DNA of 64,000 nucleotides from an uncultured Gemmatimonadales bacterium (GTDB taxonomy: Bacteria > Gemmatimonadota > Gemmatimonadetes > Gemmatimonadales > GWC2-71-9), in contig CAWDYU010000001.1 of assembly GCA_963806875.1 (NCBI GenBank), positions 783,508-847,507 of the forward strand. Direction: 5' to 3'. Below the pieces are notes generated by a model, which saw nothing but the letters and a program-made list of their open reading frames with translations, searched no databases and had not been told where the DNA came from. Position 1 is the first letter of the stretch; every line of letters begins with the position of its first letter. The translations under genes were made by a program, and so were the position numbers. Shown piece after piece: positions 1 to 9,251 of the stretch.

Positions 1-1027
1 GCCGGCTGTAGAAATAGACCGGCCGCTGGATGAAGTTCTGCGCCAGCCCGGTGAGCGCCTCTCCTCCTTCGGTAAAGAACGGCCGCCGTTCGGCGAAGAT
101 CGTCTCGAACGCGCTCAGGTTCACGTCGGCCGGATCCGCCTCGACCTGGCCGAAGTCGGGAAGAACCGTGGCGTCGAGCGTCAGGTTGGGTCCGAGCCCC
201 ATCTTGAGGTCGCCGCCGGCGCGCACGTTCGACCGGTCGGCAAATGGATTTCGCGGATTCACGTCGGCGCGATAGGTGAGCGAGGCAGCCGCATAGGGCA
301 GCAGCTCCAGGCGCCGCGACGACGGAATACCGGCGATCCCCTCGAGGGTCCCGAACTGCGAGATGTACCCCGCCGCGTCACGAGGGATCAGCGTCCACTG
401 AACCAGTTCGTTCCTGTCGGGGATCTCCCGGGTGAGCTGCAGGCCCCAGATCTGCTCCGGGCCGGCATTGAAGCGGATCTGCGAGAAAGGAATCCGCATT
501 TCGGCCGACCATCCCTCGGCGTCGACATGTGCCCGCGCCGTCCACACCGGATCGTACTGCGCCTGGCCACCGTCCTGGTCCTGCGGATGATACCGGTCGC
601 CGCGCACGCCGCCCGAGTTGACCGAGAAGGTGTACCCCGTGCGCCGGTCGAGGTACGGATCGAGCGAGATCAGGAACACCTCGGCGTCGCTTTCAGTGTC
701 GCGGCGGGAAACCGATCGGCGGATCACGTGCGCATCGGGGCGGAGCATCCGCGCGGCAACGTAGAGCGCATCGTCGTCATGCAGCAGCCTGACCTGCGTG
801 ACGAATGAGGGTGCCGTCCCCTCGTCGGGGTCGCGCTGCACGAAGTCCGAGATGATGGCAGCATCGGCCCACGCGGCATCGTCGAGTCGGCCGTCGATCT
901 GTGGGGCCGGACCGCTGAGCCGGGTCGCCCGGGTCGACTTGGCCGGCGACTGCGCGGCGAGGGGCAGGGCGGCGGCCAGGGCGAGTGCGGCCAGCGCACA
1001 TCGGGAGATGTGTGGGGTGATCGTCAA
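1..1027 (-). CDS. Secreted CBM9-like / DUF5916-family protein; the C-terminus lies outside the window
   Basis: The minus-strand frame is open from a TTG at 1027 to the window edge. It is missing from the ORF track because no stop codon falls inside the window. My own translation gives a signal peptide (TITPHISRCALAALALAAALPLAAQ) followed by IDGRLDDAAWADAA, a motif typical of carbohydrate-binding family 9 / DUF5916 proteins. Confidence 0.6.
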   Translation of the reverse strand, partial: MTITPHISRCALAALALAAALPLAAQSPAKSTRATRLSGPAPQIDGRLDDAAWADAAIISDFVQRDPDEGTAPSFVTQVRLLHDDDALYVAARMLRPDAHVIRRSVSRRDTESDAEVFLISLDPYLDRRTGYTFSVNSGGVRGDRYHPQDQDGGQAQYDPVWTARAHVDAEGWSAEMRIPFSQIRFNAGPEQIWGLQLTREIPDRNELVQWTLIPRDAAGYISQFGTLEGIAGIPSSRRLELLPYAAASLTYRADVNPRNPFADRSNVRAGGDLKMGLGPNLTLDATVLPDFGQVEADPADVNLSAFETIFAERRPFFTEGGEALTGLAQNFIQRPVYFYSR

Positions 1028-1109
1028 GAGGTGCTCGGATTGGATGTGGTGCAGCGCCAGACGCCAATGACGATTGTAATCGGCAAGGGTTTCAGGCCAC
1101 CTTTGTGCC

Positions 1110-2063
1110 ATGGATCCTGTCACCCACACCCTCGCCGGCGCCGCGATGGCCCGCGCCGGTCTCGACCGCCGCACCCCGCTGGCCATGGCAACCCTGATGT
1201 TGGCCGCGAGTGCGCCGGACATCGACATCCTGTCGATGTTCGGTGGGTCGTATGCCAGTCTCGCGTTCCGGCGCGGCTGGACCCACGGGCCGGTGGCGCT
1301 CCTGCTTCTTCCCTTCGCGCTCACGACGCTGATCATCCTGTGGGATCGTCTCGTCAGGCGCCGCCGCGATTCTTCGCTCGCTCCTGCCGTCCCGGGGGCG
1401 ATCCTCCTCCTGTCGGCCATCGGCGTGGTGAGTCACCCGGTGCTCGACTGGCTCAACACCTATGGTATCCGCCTGCTGATGCCGTTCAGCGAGCGCTGGT
1501 TCCACGCCGATGCCGTGTTCATCATCGATCCGTGGATCTGGCTGATGCTCGGTCTCGGCCTCTTCCTCCCGGGTCGGACGCCCAGGCGGGTGCAGCGCTT
1601 CGGTGCTGCGGCCTTGGTGTATGCCGTGGCGATGATCGGCATGAGTGCGGCTGCGGAATCGATTGCGGGGCGGCACGCCGAGTCGCGGGGGATCACCGGC
1701 ATCACCGATGTCATGTATGCGCCGGTGCCGATGCGTCCGCTCGCCGGCGGGCTCATCGTGGTCACTGAGGCAGCGTATCACTTCGGCGACTTCCGCTGGC
1801 TGGCAGGTGGGGCAAGCCGCGTACAGCTGCAGGATGCGGTGACGCCGCGCGGCGACTGGAACGATCCGGCGGTGCACGAAGCGATGCGAACCGATGACGT
1901 GCGCGATTACCTCACCTGGTCACGCTATCCGTTCGTGCGGGTCGAACCCTCGGGTGCCGGAACCGCGGTGACCTTCGGCGATGCGCGTTTCACCGGCAGT
2001 ATCGGCGGAGGGAGCCTGGGTGGGTTGCGAGTGGTGGTGAGCGCACCTGCGACCCAGCCGTGA
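1110..2063 (+). CDS. Membrane-bound metal-dependent hydrolase (YdjM/DUF457 family)
   Basis: 317-aa ORF. The N-terminus MDPVTHTLAGAAMARAG and several hydrophobic helices match the DUF457/YdjM pattern. Confidence 0.7.
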   Translation: MDPVTHTLAGAAMARAGLDRRTPLAMATLMLAASAPDIDILSMFGGSYASLAFRRGWTHGPVALLLLPFALTTLIILWDRLVRRRRDSSLAPAVPGAILLLSAIGVVSHPVLDWLNTYGIRLLMPFSERWFHADAVFIIDPWIWLMLGLGLFLPGRTPRRVQRFGAAALVYAVAMIGMSAAAESIAGRHAESRGITGITDVMYAPVPMRPLAGGLIVVTEAAYHFGDFRWLAGGASRVQLQDAVTPRGDWNDPAVHEAMRTDDVRDYLTWSRYPFVRVEPSGAGTAVTFGDARFTGSIGGGSLGGLRVVVSAPATQP

Positions 2064-2072
2064 CGAGTTCGC

Positions 2073-4358
2073 TCACCACTTCTCCATGCTCACGTCCGCC
2101 AGCACGCCTGCGAAATCGTTGAACACCAGCGACGTGGGCTTCGCGGGCATCACCGGCAGGTCGATCTCGGTGAGCGCGCCCTGCACCTTCACGCGGAGCC
2201 TGGCGACCTGCCCGCCCTCCAGCTGGAGCGTGACCGGCACGTAGGCGAGAAAGCTGTCCGGGACCTTCTGCTGTTTCACCCGGAGCTTGACCGTGTAACG
2301 CCCACCGTCGCCGGGCTGGGCATTCCACGCCACCTTGTATTCGGGAATCGCCGTGGTGTTGAGCCACTGGTCGAAGAACCAGCCCAGATCGGCGCCGGCG
2401 TGCTTCTCGGCGATGCGGCGGAAGTCGTCGGTCGACGCCGCGCGGCCCTTGTAGGTCTGGAAATACTCGCGCATGGTGTTCTCGAACCGCTCTTCCTTCA
2501 TCGTGCGGAGGTCCAGCAGGAGGTTGCGGAGCATGTGCAGCGTCCACGCGCCCTTCTGGTACACCACGAGGCTGTACTCCGAGCCATCTGAAGCGGTCGC
2601 CGTCCGGTAACCCAGGCCGACCGGGCCGACCTCGCGCTGCCGCGCCTTGAGGTCTGCCTTCCACCGTTCGAGCTGGTCGAAGTAGTACTTGCTGTTCTTC
2701 TGCGAGATCTGCGTGTACCAGAGCCCCGAAAAGTTGGAGAAACCCTCGCTCAGCCACTGATCGCGGTAACTGGCAAAGTCGACGCCGATACCCCACCACT
2801 GGTGGGCCACCTCGTGCGCGCGGAAGAACTGGTCGAAATCGTCGCGTCCATCTTCGCTCTGGGCGAACGTCGAGAAGCTCAGGTGGATGAGACCGGGGAA
2901 AGCCTCACCGTGGCCATACGGGATGATCGTCGCGTACAGCCGCTCGTGGCCCACGTCGCCAAACATCGCGGTGAAGAACTCCGACGCCTGCGAGACATCG
3001 AGCGCGACCCGTTCCTTTGCCTTTCCGACCGAGCGCATCCCGAACGAACGGAGGGCCTGGTCTGAATGGAGCACCGTGATCTCGGGGCCCTTGCCCTTGC
3101 TGGCGGTAACGTGATCGTCAAAGAAACCGATGTTGAACGACACGTTCCGCATCGGGGCAGCGCTCACCCAGTGCGTGGTGAGCACCTTGTTCGCCACCGT
3201 GGAATCCTTCAGCACCCCGACCGACGCAAAGCGGTACGACTCGGGCGTGTGAAAGGTCATGTCGAACTCCGCGCGCTGCCGCGCGTCGAGCGGCCGCGGA
3301 TACCAGAGCGTCGATGACTTGAGGAAGAAGAAGTCGCCATAACGATCGATCAGGTCGCCGCCGTAGACGAGACGGATATCTGTGGAGCTGCCGGCGTTGA
3401 GCGCCTTCGGCATACGCAGCCAGAGAAAGGTCCCGTCCTTCTTCTTCTCGAACGGCACGGCGGTGCCATCTGTTGTGGTGGCCGAGTCCACCTGCACGCC
3501 AGGGGCGAGATAGAACGGCAACCACGGGCCCACCACGTCGGTTGCCGTGATCTTCATGGTGGCGGCTGCGGAGAAACGGGCCTCGCCCATGCCGGTTCGC
3601 GCGAGTGTGGCGTCGATGACGTAGTGCGAGACGCCGTAGGGCGACTTCACGTCGGAGCCATCGGTCGGCACCAGCGCATTACCGAACTGCGCGGCGCTCT
3701 CGGTGGTGCGCACAAACCCCACGCGCCGAGCCTTGGTGAGGAGGCGCACCGGCTCGGCGCTGAGCGGATCGATCTGCAGCATCACCGGGGTGGTGCCGGT
3801 GCGGTCGATGTGGGCGTAGAACGCACCGTCTTCGTTGCCGTTGAGGAGCGGCAGCATCAGTTCGGGGCTGAAGCTCTCGTCGTCCCTGGGCTTGATGAAC
3901 GCCAGGGCGTCGTTGGCGAGACGGGACGCGCCCGATACCGCGGCGAGGGGCGCGAACTTCACGCTGCGACCCAGCTCGGCGAGGGTCGAGTCGGTGAACA
4001 GGAAAAACACCCGCTCCAGTCTCGAATCGACGGCGGAGTCACCGAGGAGGCGGGCCAGCTGGCCGCGTTCGATGGGCGTGGGTGCGGTGAACTGGAACCG
4101 GCCGGCGCCCACGAACATCGCGCCCACCACGCGACCGCTCACCGGCTTCGCAAGCCAGAGCGTGCCGCGTTCCAGTTCGATCTTCCCGGTGCCGCGGGTG
4201 ATGGTCAGGTTCGCGACCTGGGCGCCTTGTGCCGGGTCCGGCTCGAGGGCGAGCAGCGCCTTGAACATGGAGCTGGGCGTGTCAGTGGTGGTCTGGGCCG
4301 AAAGGGCCACAGGGGCGAGCATGAAGAGTCCGCGCAGCCAGAGAGAAGGGCGGTGCAT
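2073..4358 (-). CDS. M1-family zinc aminopeptidase, secreted
   Basis: 761-aa ORF with an N-terminal signal peptide. The gluzincin signature HEVAHQWWG is followed 18 residues later by E (WLSEGF), giving HEXXH-X18-E. Confidence 0.85.
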   Translation of the reverse strand: MHRPSLWLRGLFMLAPVALSAQTTTDTPSSMFKALLALEPDPAQGAQVANLTITRGTGKIELERGTLWLAKPVSGRVVGAMFVGAGRFQFTAPTPIERGQLARLLGDSAVDSRLERVFFLFTDSTLAELGRSVKFAPLAAVSGASRLANDALAFIKPRDDESFSPELMLPLLNGNEDGAFYAHIDRTGTTPVMLQIDPLSAEPVRLLTKARRVGFVRTTESAAQFGNALVPTDGSDVKSPYGVSHYVIDATLARTGMGEARFSAAATMKITATDVVGPWLPFYLAPGVQVDSATTTDGTAVPFEKKKDGTFLWLRMPKALNAGSSTDIRLVYGGDLIDRYGDFFFLKSSTLWYPRPLDARQRAEFDMTFHTPESYRFASVGVLKDSTVANKVLTTHWVSAAPMRNVSFNIGFFDDHVTASKGKGPEITVLHSDQALRSFGMRSVGKAKERVALDVSQASEFFTAMFGDVGHERLYATIIPYGHGEAFPGLIHLSFSTFAQSEDGRDDFDQFFRAHEVAHQWWGIGVDFASYRDQWLSEGFSNFSGLWYTQISQKNSKYYFDQLERWKADLKARQREVGPVGLGYRTATASDGSEYSLVVYQKGAWTLHMLRNLLLDLRTMKEERFENTMREYFQTYKGRAASTDDFRRIAEKHAGADLGWFFDQWLNTTAIPEYKVAWNAQPGDGGRYTVKLRVKQQKVPDSFLAYVPVTLQLEGGQVARLRVKVQGALTEIDLPVMPAKPTSLVFNDFAGVLADVSMEKW

Positions 4359-4451
4359 GGCAGGTCTCGGCGGGTGGGGGATCAGGTAAGGTACTGCCGC
4401 CGGCTTTGCCCGTCAGGCTCCGCCCGTCAGTGGTCGAGAGCGTGAAAGCAC

Positions 4452-4481
4452 GAAGGCCAGCCCCTCGCGGAACTGGCCTTC
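4452..4481. repeat. GC-rich stem-loop GAAGGCCAG-N12-CTGGCCTTC (REP-like; probable terminator for the minus-strand small genes)
   Basis: Perfect 9-bp stem with a 12-nt loop. As a reverse complement it matches the stem-loop at 5437-5466 at about 27 of 30 positions. Confidence 0.5.
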
Positions 4482-4500
4482 AGCGGGGTGCGCCTGAAAG

Positions 4501-4578
4501 TCATTCCTGCCCGATGATGTATCCGAACAGCGCCCCGACGCCCATCCCGACGAGGCCAAACACGATGGGAATGAGCAC
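4501..4578 (-). CDS. Candidate 25-aa single-helix membrane peptide (MLIPIVFGLVGMGVGALFGYIIGQE)
   Basis: GTG-initiated mini-ORF directly downstream of the 4588-4893 gene. An AAGGAG sits 12 nt upstream and overlaps that gene's stop codon. The peptide is entirely hydrophobic and Gly-rich. It is too short for the ORF track; I read it from the sequence. Confidence 0.25.
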   Translation of the reverse strand: MLIPIVFGLVGMGVGALFGYIIGQE

Positions 4579-4587
4579 GGCCGCCGA

Positions 4588-4893
4588 TCACTCCTTCCGT
4601 TTCACGTGCATGTTCGACTCGGTGACCGCGTCCTCGCCCTCGGTCGGGTGATCGTGGCGTGCCTGGTCCTTGGCCAGTCGATTCTTCTCGCTTTGCAAGT
4701 CCGCCTGATCGTGCTGCTCGCGACCCTCGAACATCCGGTCCTTCCCGGTGTCGTCGTGCTTGCTGATCTTGTCGGCGTCATGCCCGGCGTGACTATTCGA
4801 ACTGGCATCCGTGGGTGCCTTGGCTGATTCCGCCGCGGCGTCGAGCGCCTTGTCGCTCGCGCTGTGCTTGTAGCCGCTCTGATCCTTGCTCAT
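4588..4893 (-). CDS. Small hydrophilic, probably disordered protein (Lys/Asp/His/Ser-rich), function unknown
   Basis: Internal ATG (MSKDQSGYKHS...) preceded by GGAG at 7-nt spacing. The composition is unlike the Arg/Ala/Pro-rich shadow ORFs of this high-GC DNA, and local GC is lower. Confidence 0.5.
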   Translation of the reverse strand: MSKDQSGYKHSASDKALDAAAESAKAPTDASSNSHAGHDADKISKHDDTGKDRMFEGREQHDQADLQSEKNRLAKDQARHDHPTEGEDAVTESNMHVKRKE

Positions 4894-4946
4894 GGTCCTG
4901 CTCCGTTGGTGAGGCACACTGTCGTCACGTATGCGCTGTTGGAGAC

Positions 4947-5438
4947 GGGATCGCGGGTCGCGACAACACGTCGGAAGCGCTGGCAAGGCTGTCGCAGGGA
5001 TACGCCGGCTCGCAGAACCCGTTAGGCGGAAGGGATGCGGTGCTCGAACACGGCGTGATGATCATCAATCCACAATTCGAGGGCGCAGGTGGCGGGTACG
5101 CCGCATCGGCCGCCGACGCGGCGCGCTGGGGAGCTCTCTACTTCAGTGGTGCAATTCATGGTGACGCACTGCTCGCCGAAGCCACCGCCGGCATTCCCGC
5201 CCGGATGCTCGGTGGCGCCTACGGGCTCGGCATGATCCTGCGCGACTCGACCGCGGCCGGCCCGGTGCGGAGTCATTCCGGCTTCTTTCCCGGGTACGTG
5301 ACGGAATTGCGGCACTACCCGCGCCATGGTGTGACCGTCGCGATGATGGTCAACGCAAGCAACGTCCGGATGCGGCCAGGAATGGCGACGTGGCTGGACG
5401 GCGTGGTGGCGGAGATGTACGCCAAGCCGCGCGATTGA
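4947..5438 (+). pseudogene. C-terminal remnant of a beta-lactamase-family serine hydrolase (N-terminal SxxK half missing)
   Basis: The frame encodes ...GAGGGYAASAADAARWGALYF...YGLGMIL...SHSGFFPGYVTELRHYP...TVAMMVNAS, typical of the C-terminal half of class-C-like serine hydrolases. No SxxK-containing N-terminal half exists in any frame upstream; that space is occupied by the opposite-strand gene 4588-4893. The left boundary is approximate. Confidence 0.45.
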
Positions 5439-5466
5439 AGGCCAGGCCCGGGAGGGGCTGGCCTTC
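5437..5466. repeat. GC-rich stem-loop GAAGGCCAG-N12-CTGGCCTTC (REP-like; probable bidirectional terminator between convergent genes)
   Basis: Same 9-bp stem as 4452-4481 in inverted orientation, with loops identical at 9 of 12 positions. It overlaps the stop codon of the hydrolase remnant. Confidence 0.5.
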
Positions 5467-5522
5467 GCCGTTCGGAAGCACAGTTGACGAGCCGACGGCG
5501 CTCCCGAGCGTTTCGCTGCCGA

Positions 5523-7238
5523 TCAGGGCAGCAGGACCGTCGAAAACCCGATGTTGAACTGGCCTGACACGCCCGTGCCAAGCTGCCCGAATTGGTTCGA
5601 CCCCCAGCAGTACACCTTCGAATCCGACTCGATGCGGCATTCGTGGCCCGTCGCGTTGGACACCGGTCCACCCCCCGTGCCGAACCCCTGCACCAGCGAG
5701 GGCACCTGGGTGATGAGCATGCCCGGCTTTCCGATCCCCCACGCGTACAGAGCGCCTGTCAGCGTGCTGGCCTGCGATGAATGTCCGCCCAGATGCAGGT
5801 CGACAAACCGGACGGAAGTGTTGACGGTGACGGGCACGGCGCTCGATGCGGGCGAGCCGGATCCGAGTGCACCGGCCTTGTTTCGGCCCCAGCAGTGCAC
5901 CGTTCCGGCAGGCGTGCGTCCGCACGCGTGTTCCCACCCCGCTTCAATTTCGGCGAATCGAAGAAGCGTCTGGACGGCCGTCGGTGTGTGCCTCGCGATC
6001 GTGGTGCCATCGCCGAGCTGTCCATGGAAGTTGTATCCCCAGCAGAATGCCTTCCCATCAAAGGCCAGCCCGCAGGTGAACTGGTCGCCCAGCGTGATGG
6101 AACTGAACCCGAAGTTCGCGATCACCGGGAGCGGGTAGGGACCGGTCGTATTGTTACCCAGCTGCCCGTTGGCGTTGGATCCCCAGCAGCGGACTGTGCC
6201 GTTTACCTCGCGGCCGCATGTGTGCGATCCCGTGCTGGTACGAACCTCGGCGAAGTTGTGACCACCCGTTACCTCGGTTGGAACCAACGTGGCTACGGTG
6301 GTGCCGTTGGCCAGTTCGCCGTTCGGGTTCTTGCCCCAGCACCACGCGCTACCGTTGGAGGCTCGGGCGCACGTGTACTGCCAACCCGCGCTGATCTGCA
6401 CAAACCGCTCACTGGTTTGAACGCGAACCGGGGTGCTGCGATCGGTGGTTGTCCCGTCGCCGAGCGCTCCGGAATAGTTCTGGCCCCAGCACCACGCGAC
6501 TCCGCCGTGACTCAGGGCGCAGGTGTGGGAGTATCCGGCCGAAATATCGGCGTAGCCACCGACATGCAAGCGAACCCGCACCATGATCGTCGGATCGGTG
6601 ATTGGCGCGTCGATGTCGGCGATCACTGGCACCAGCGCGTCGTATCGACCAGCGGGCAGCTGGGACGCCGTCACGACAAGCTGCACGTTTGCCGGAAGGG
6701 ATCCAGATGTGAGGGTGGGGGTGAGCCAAGGAGTGTTGGCGGGCGTTGTGTATTCGACGGCACCCAGCCGCAGCGCGATCGGATAGTTGGCGCCGATGTT
6801 TTTCAGGTGCAACAACTTCCCGCCTTGAACGCTGACATCCTCGACGTCGCGGGCGTATGTCACCGTTGAATCGGAGATGGTGACAATCGGTGGTGCCACC
6901 TGGATCGTGACGGTCGCATTCTGGGTGCCAATGTTGGCATGGATCGTGGTGGACCCGAACGCGATAGGCGTCACCAATCCATCCGCGCTGACCGTCGCAA
7001 TGTGCTGATTCGTCGACAGCCACTTGAAAGCGGCATCGACGGGCTGCCCCTGGCGATTGTACGCAGTCGCCACGAGTTGGAACGGGGTTCCGATACGCGG
7101 CGAGTTTGCCGGGACCGATATCCGGACACCTGCGGCGGTCGGCCCGGGGGTGTCGGTTCCACGATCGTCCGACGAACAGCTCGCGAGCGCCACGCAAATC
7201 AGCGCGACGACGAGGCGCGTCGTTGGGTGGAGAACCAT
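5523..7238 (-). CDS. Lipoprotein with a bacterial Ig-like (BIG2) domain and RCC1/beta-propeller repeats
   Basis: 571-aa ORF. The lipobox context is VALASCSS. It has a BIG2-like segment (HIATVSADGLVTPIAFGSTTI) and repeated ...HTCA....G...CWG.N..G.LG.G motifs characteristic of RCC1 repeats. Confidence 0.8.
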   Translation of the reverse strand: MVLHPTTRLVVALICVALASCSSDDRGTDTPGPTAAGVRISVPANSPRIGTPFQLVATAYNRQGQPVDAAFKWLSTNQHIATVSADGLVTPIAFGSTTIHANIGTQNATVTIQVAPPIVTISDSTVTYARDVEDVSVQGGKLLHLKNIGANYPIALRLGAVEYTTPANTPWLTPTLTSGSLPANVQLVVTASQLPAGRYDALVPVIADIDAPITDPTIMVRVRLHVGGYADISAGYSHTCALSHGGVAWCWGQNYSGALGDGTTTDRSTPVRVQTSERFVQISAGWQYTCARASNGSAWCWGKNPNGELANGTTVATLVPTEVTGGHNFAEVRTSTGSHTCGREVNGTVRCWGSNANGQLGNNTTGPYPLPVIANFGFSSITLGDQFTCGLAFDGKAFCWGYNFHGQLGDGTTIARHTPTAVQTLLRFAEIEAGWEHACGRTPAGTVHCWGRNKAGALGSGSPASSAVPVTVNTSVRFVDLHLGGHSSQASTLTGALYAWGIGKPGMLITQVPSLVQGFGTGGGPVSNATGHECRIESDSKVYCWGSNQFGQLGTGVSGQFNIGFSTVLLP

Positions 7239-7378
7239 GGGTCGGCCTCGGCGTTCGGGATACCAAGCAAGCTCGCCGACCAGGCCATAATGTCAACTTT
7301 CCTTCGCGGCCCCGGGCATGGCACGAAAATGCGCCCCGCAATCCCGTGGGGGGATGGCGAGGCGCCGAACTGCGTTCA

Positions 7379-7451
7379 TGGAGCGGAAGGGAATCGAACC
7401 CTTGACCCCCTGCTTGCAAAGCAGGTGCTCTGCCAACTGAGCTACCGCCCC
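7379..7451 (-). tRNA. tRNA-Ala (anticodon TGC)
   Basis: Hand-folded cloverleaf: GGGGCGG TA GCTC AGTTGGCA GAGC A CCTGC TTTGCAA GCAGG GGGTC AAGGG TTCGATT CCCTT CCGCTCC A. The G3:U70 alanine identity pair is present, the anticodon loop reads TT-TGC-AA, and CCA is not encoded. Confidence 0.9.
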
Positions 7452-7524
7452 TCGTGCGCGAGACAACTTAGCCGGATCGGCCCGCCCGTTCCAACCTCGC
7501 CGCGCCCGCCTGCGTACCACCCCT

Positions 7525-9162
7525 TTGTCCCCCCACCACCCATCGGAGCCCGTCATGTCCCTCGCTGTCGTGCCAGCCGCACCGCGGATGGCCGCCGTTC
7601 GCAACATTTCGCTCGCGGCCCTCGCCGCCCTCGCCCTCGCCACCCCGCTTTCTGCCCAGGAACGGGTCGACGCGGCCACCATCAGCCGGATCCGCGCCGA
7701 GGCGATGGACAACTCGCAGGTGATGGACATCATGAGCTGGCTGACCGATGTCTACGGGCCGCGCCTCGCCTGGTCGCCCAACCTGACCAGGGCCGGCGAA
7801 TGGGCCGCCACGACGATGAAGGGGTGGGGCCTCAGCAACGTCGCCCTCGAGCCCTGGTCGACCCCCGCCGGACTCGGCTGGGCCAACGAACGGTTCACCT
7901 TCGTCTCGACCGCGCCGAACTTCTTCCAGATCCAGGCCGCGCCCCGCGCGTGGTCGGCCGGCACCAAGGGCACGCTGTCCGGTGGCGTCGTGATCATCCC
8001 CGCCGACACCGCGATGACGCTGGAGTCGTTCAAGGCCGCGTACGCCGGCAAGCTCAAGGGAAAGTTCGTGATGATGGTCGGTCCCAACGGTTCGCCCTCG
8101 ACGCGCTTCACCCCCGATGGCACCCGCCTCACCGATGAACGCCTCGCCGAGATGGCCGCCGCCCAGCCAGCGGCTCCGGGCGCCGGTCGCGGCAACTTCG
8201 CTGGCCGGGCCGTCGGTCCCCGCCGCTTCAACATGACCACCGACACCAGCGCGCTCCGGTTCATGGAGCAGCAGGGCGCAGGCGCGATCCTGATGATGGC
8301 GCGCGGTGGTGACGGCACGCTGTTCACCGACAACGGCGCCCGCCGTTCGCTCGCCGCCCCACAGGTGCCGATGGTGCACGTGGCCTACGAGTCGTACGGC
8401 CGGATCTGGCGCATGGCCGAGCGCAACATCCCGGTGACGCTCGAGCTCAACATGCAGAACAGGTTCTATCCCGCCGACTCGACGTCATTCAACGTGATCG
8501 CCGAGATCCCGGGGACCGACCCGAAGCTCAAGGACGAAGTGGTCCTGATCGGAGGACACTTCGACTCGTGGCACGCCGGCACCGGCGCCACCGACAACGC
8601 CGCCGGCTCGGCCACCATGATGGAAGCGATGCGCATCCTCAAGAAGCTCGATCTCAAGCCGCGCCGCACCATCCGGATCGGCCTGTGGACCGCGGAAGAG
8701 CAGGGGCTGATGGGGTCGCGCGCCTACGTGGCGAAGCACTACGGCACGCGCGATTCCACCGGTATCAAGCCGACCAGTGAGCACGAAAAGTTTTCGGCCT
8801 ATTTCAACGTCGATAACGGCGGCGGAAAGATTCGCGGCATCTACCAGCAGGGCAACGCCGGCGTCGGGCCGATCTTCAGCGCGTGGATGGCCCCGTTCAA
8901 CGTCGACGGCATGACCACCGTGACGATTTCCAACACCGGCGGCACCGATCACCAGTCGTTCGATGCCGTCGGCCTCCCGGGTTTCCAGTTCATCCAGGAC
9001 GGGCTCGACTACGCCTCGCGCACCCACCACTCGAACATGGACGTGTACGAGAAGATCCAGCCCGATGACATGAAGTGGAATTCTGCCGTGCTGGCAGCAT
9101 TCGCCTGGCAGGCCGCGCAGCGCGATGAGCGACTGCCGAGGAAGCCCGTCACCGCCCCCTGA
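7525..9162 (+). CDS. M28-family metallopeptidase with a PA domain, secreted
   Basis: 545-aa ORF with a signal peptide (ALAALALATPLSAQE) and M28 zinc-ligand context (IGGHFDSWHAGTGATDNAAG, WTAEEQGLMGS, GGTDHQSF). An alternative start at 7555 is possible. Confidence 0.85.
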   Translation: MSPHHPSEPVMSLAVVPAAPRMAAVRNISLAALAALALATPLSAQERVDAATISRIRAEAMDNSQVMDIMSWLTDVYGPRLAWSPNLTRAGEWAATTMKGWGLSNVALEPWSTPAGLGWANERFTFVSTAPNFFQIQAAPRAWSAGTKGTLSGGVVIIPADTAMTLESFKAAYAGKLKGKFVMMVGPNGSPSTRFTPDGTRLTDERLAEMAAAQPAAPGAGRGNFAGRAVGPRRFNMTTDTSALRFMEQQGAGAILMMARGGDGTLFTDNGARRSLAAPQVPMVHVAYESYGRIWRMAERNIPVTLELNMQNRFYPADSTSFNVIAEIPGTDPKLKDEVVLIGGHFDSWHAGTGATDNAAGSATMMEAMRILKKLDLKPRRTIRIGLWTAEEQGLMGSRAYVAKHYGTRDSTGIKPTSEHEKFSAYFNVDNGGGKIRGIYQQGNAGVGPIFSAWMAPFNVDGMTTVTISNTGGTDHQSFDAVGLPGFQFIQDGLDYASRTHHSNMDVYEKIQPDDMKWNSAVLAAFAWQAAQRDERLPRKPVTAP

Positions 9163-9186
9163 ACCGGGGTGGGCTTGCAACGGCGC

Positions 9187-9215
9187 ACGGGGGGCCTCCT
9201 GACGGGGCCCCCCGT
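9187..9215 (+). terminator. Candidate terminator hairpin after the M28 peptidase gene
   Basis: ACGGGGGGCC-N9-GGCCCCCCGT forms a 10-bp GC stem 25 nt after the stop. The downstream T-tract is weak (CTGCGTATCTT). Confidence 0.4.
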
Positions 9216-9251
9216 CTGCGTATCTTGGGACACCTCCTTCCCGGAAGCGGC

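Noticed and set aside
7325-7378. Possible terminator hairpin and TTTT just downstream of tRNA-Ala on the minus strand.
   Set aside because: Only a stem of about 4 G:C pairs with a 10-nt loop can be drawn, which is too weak to call.
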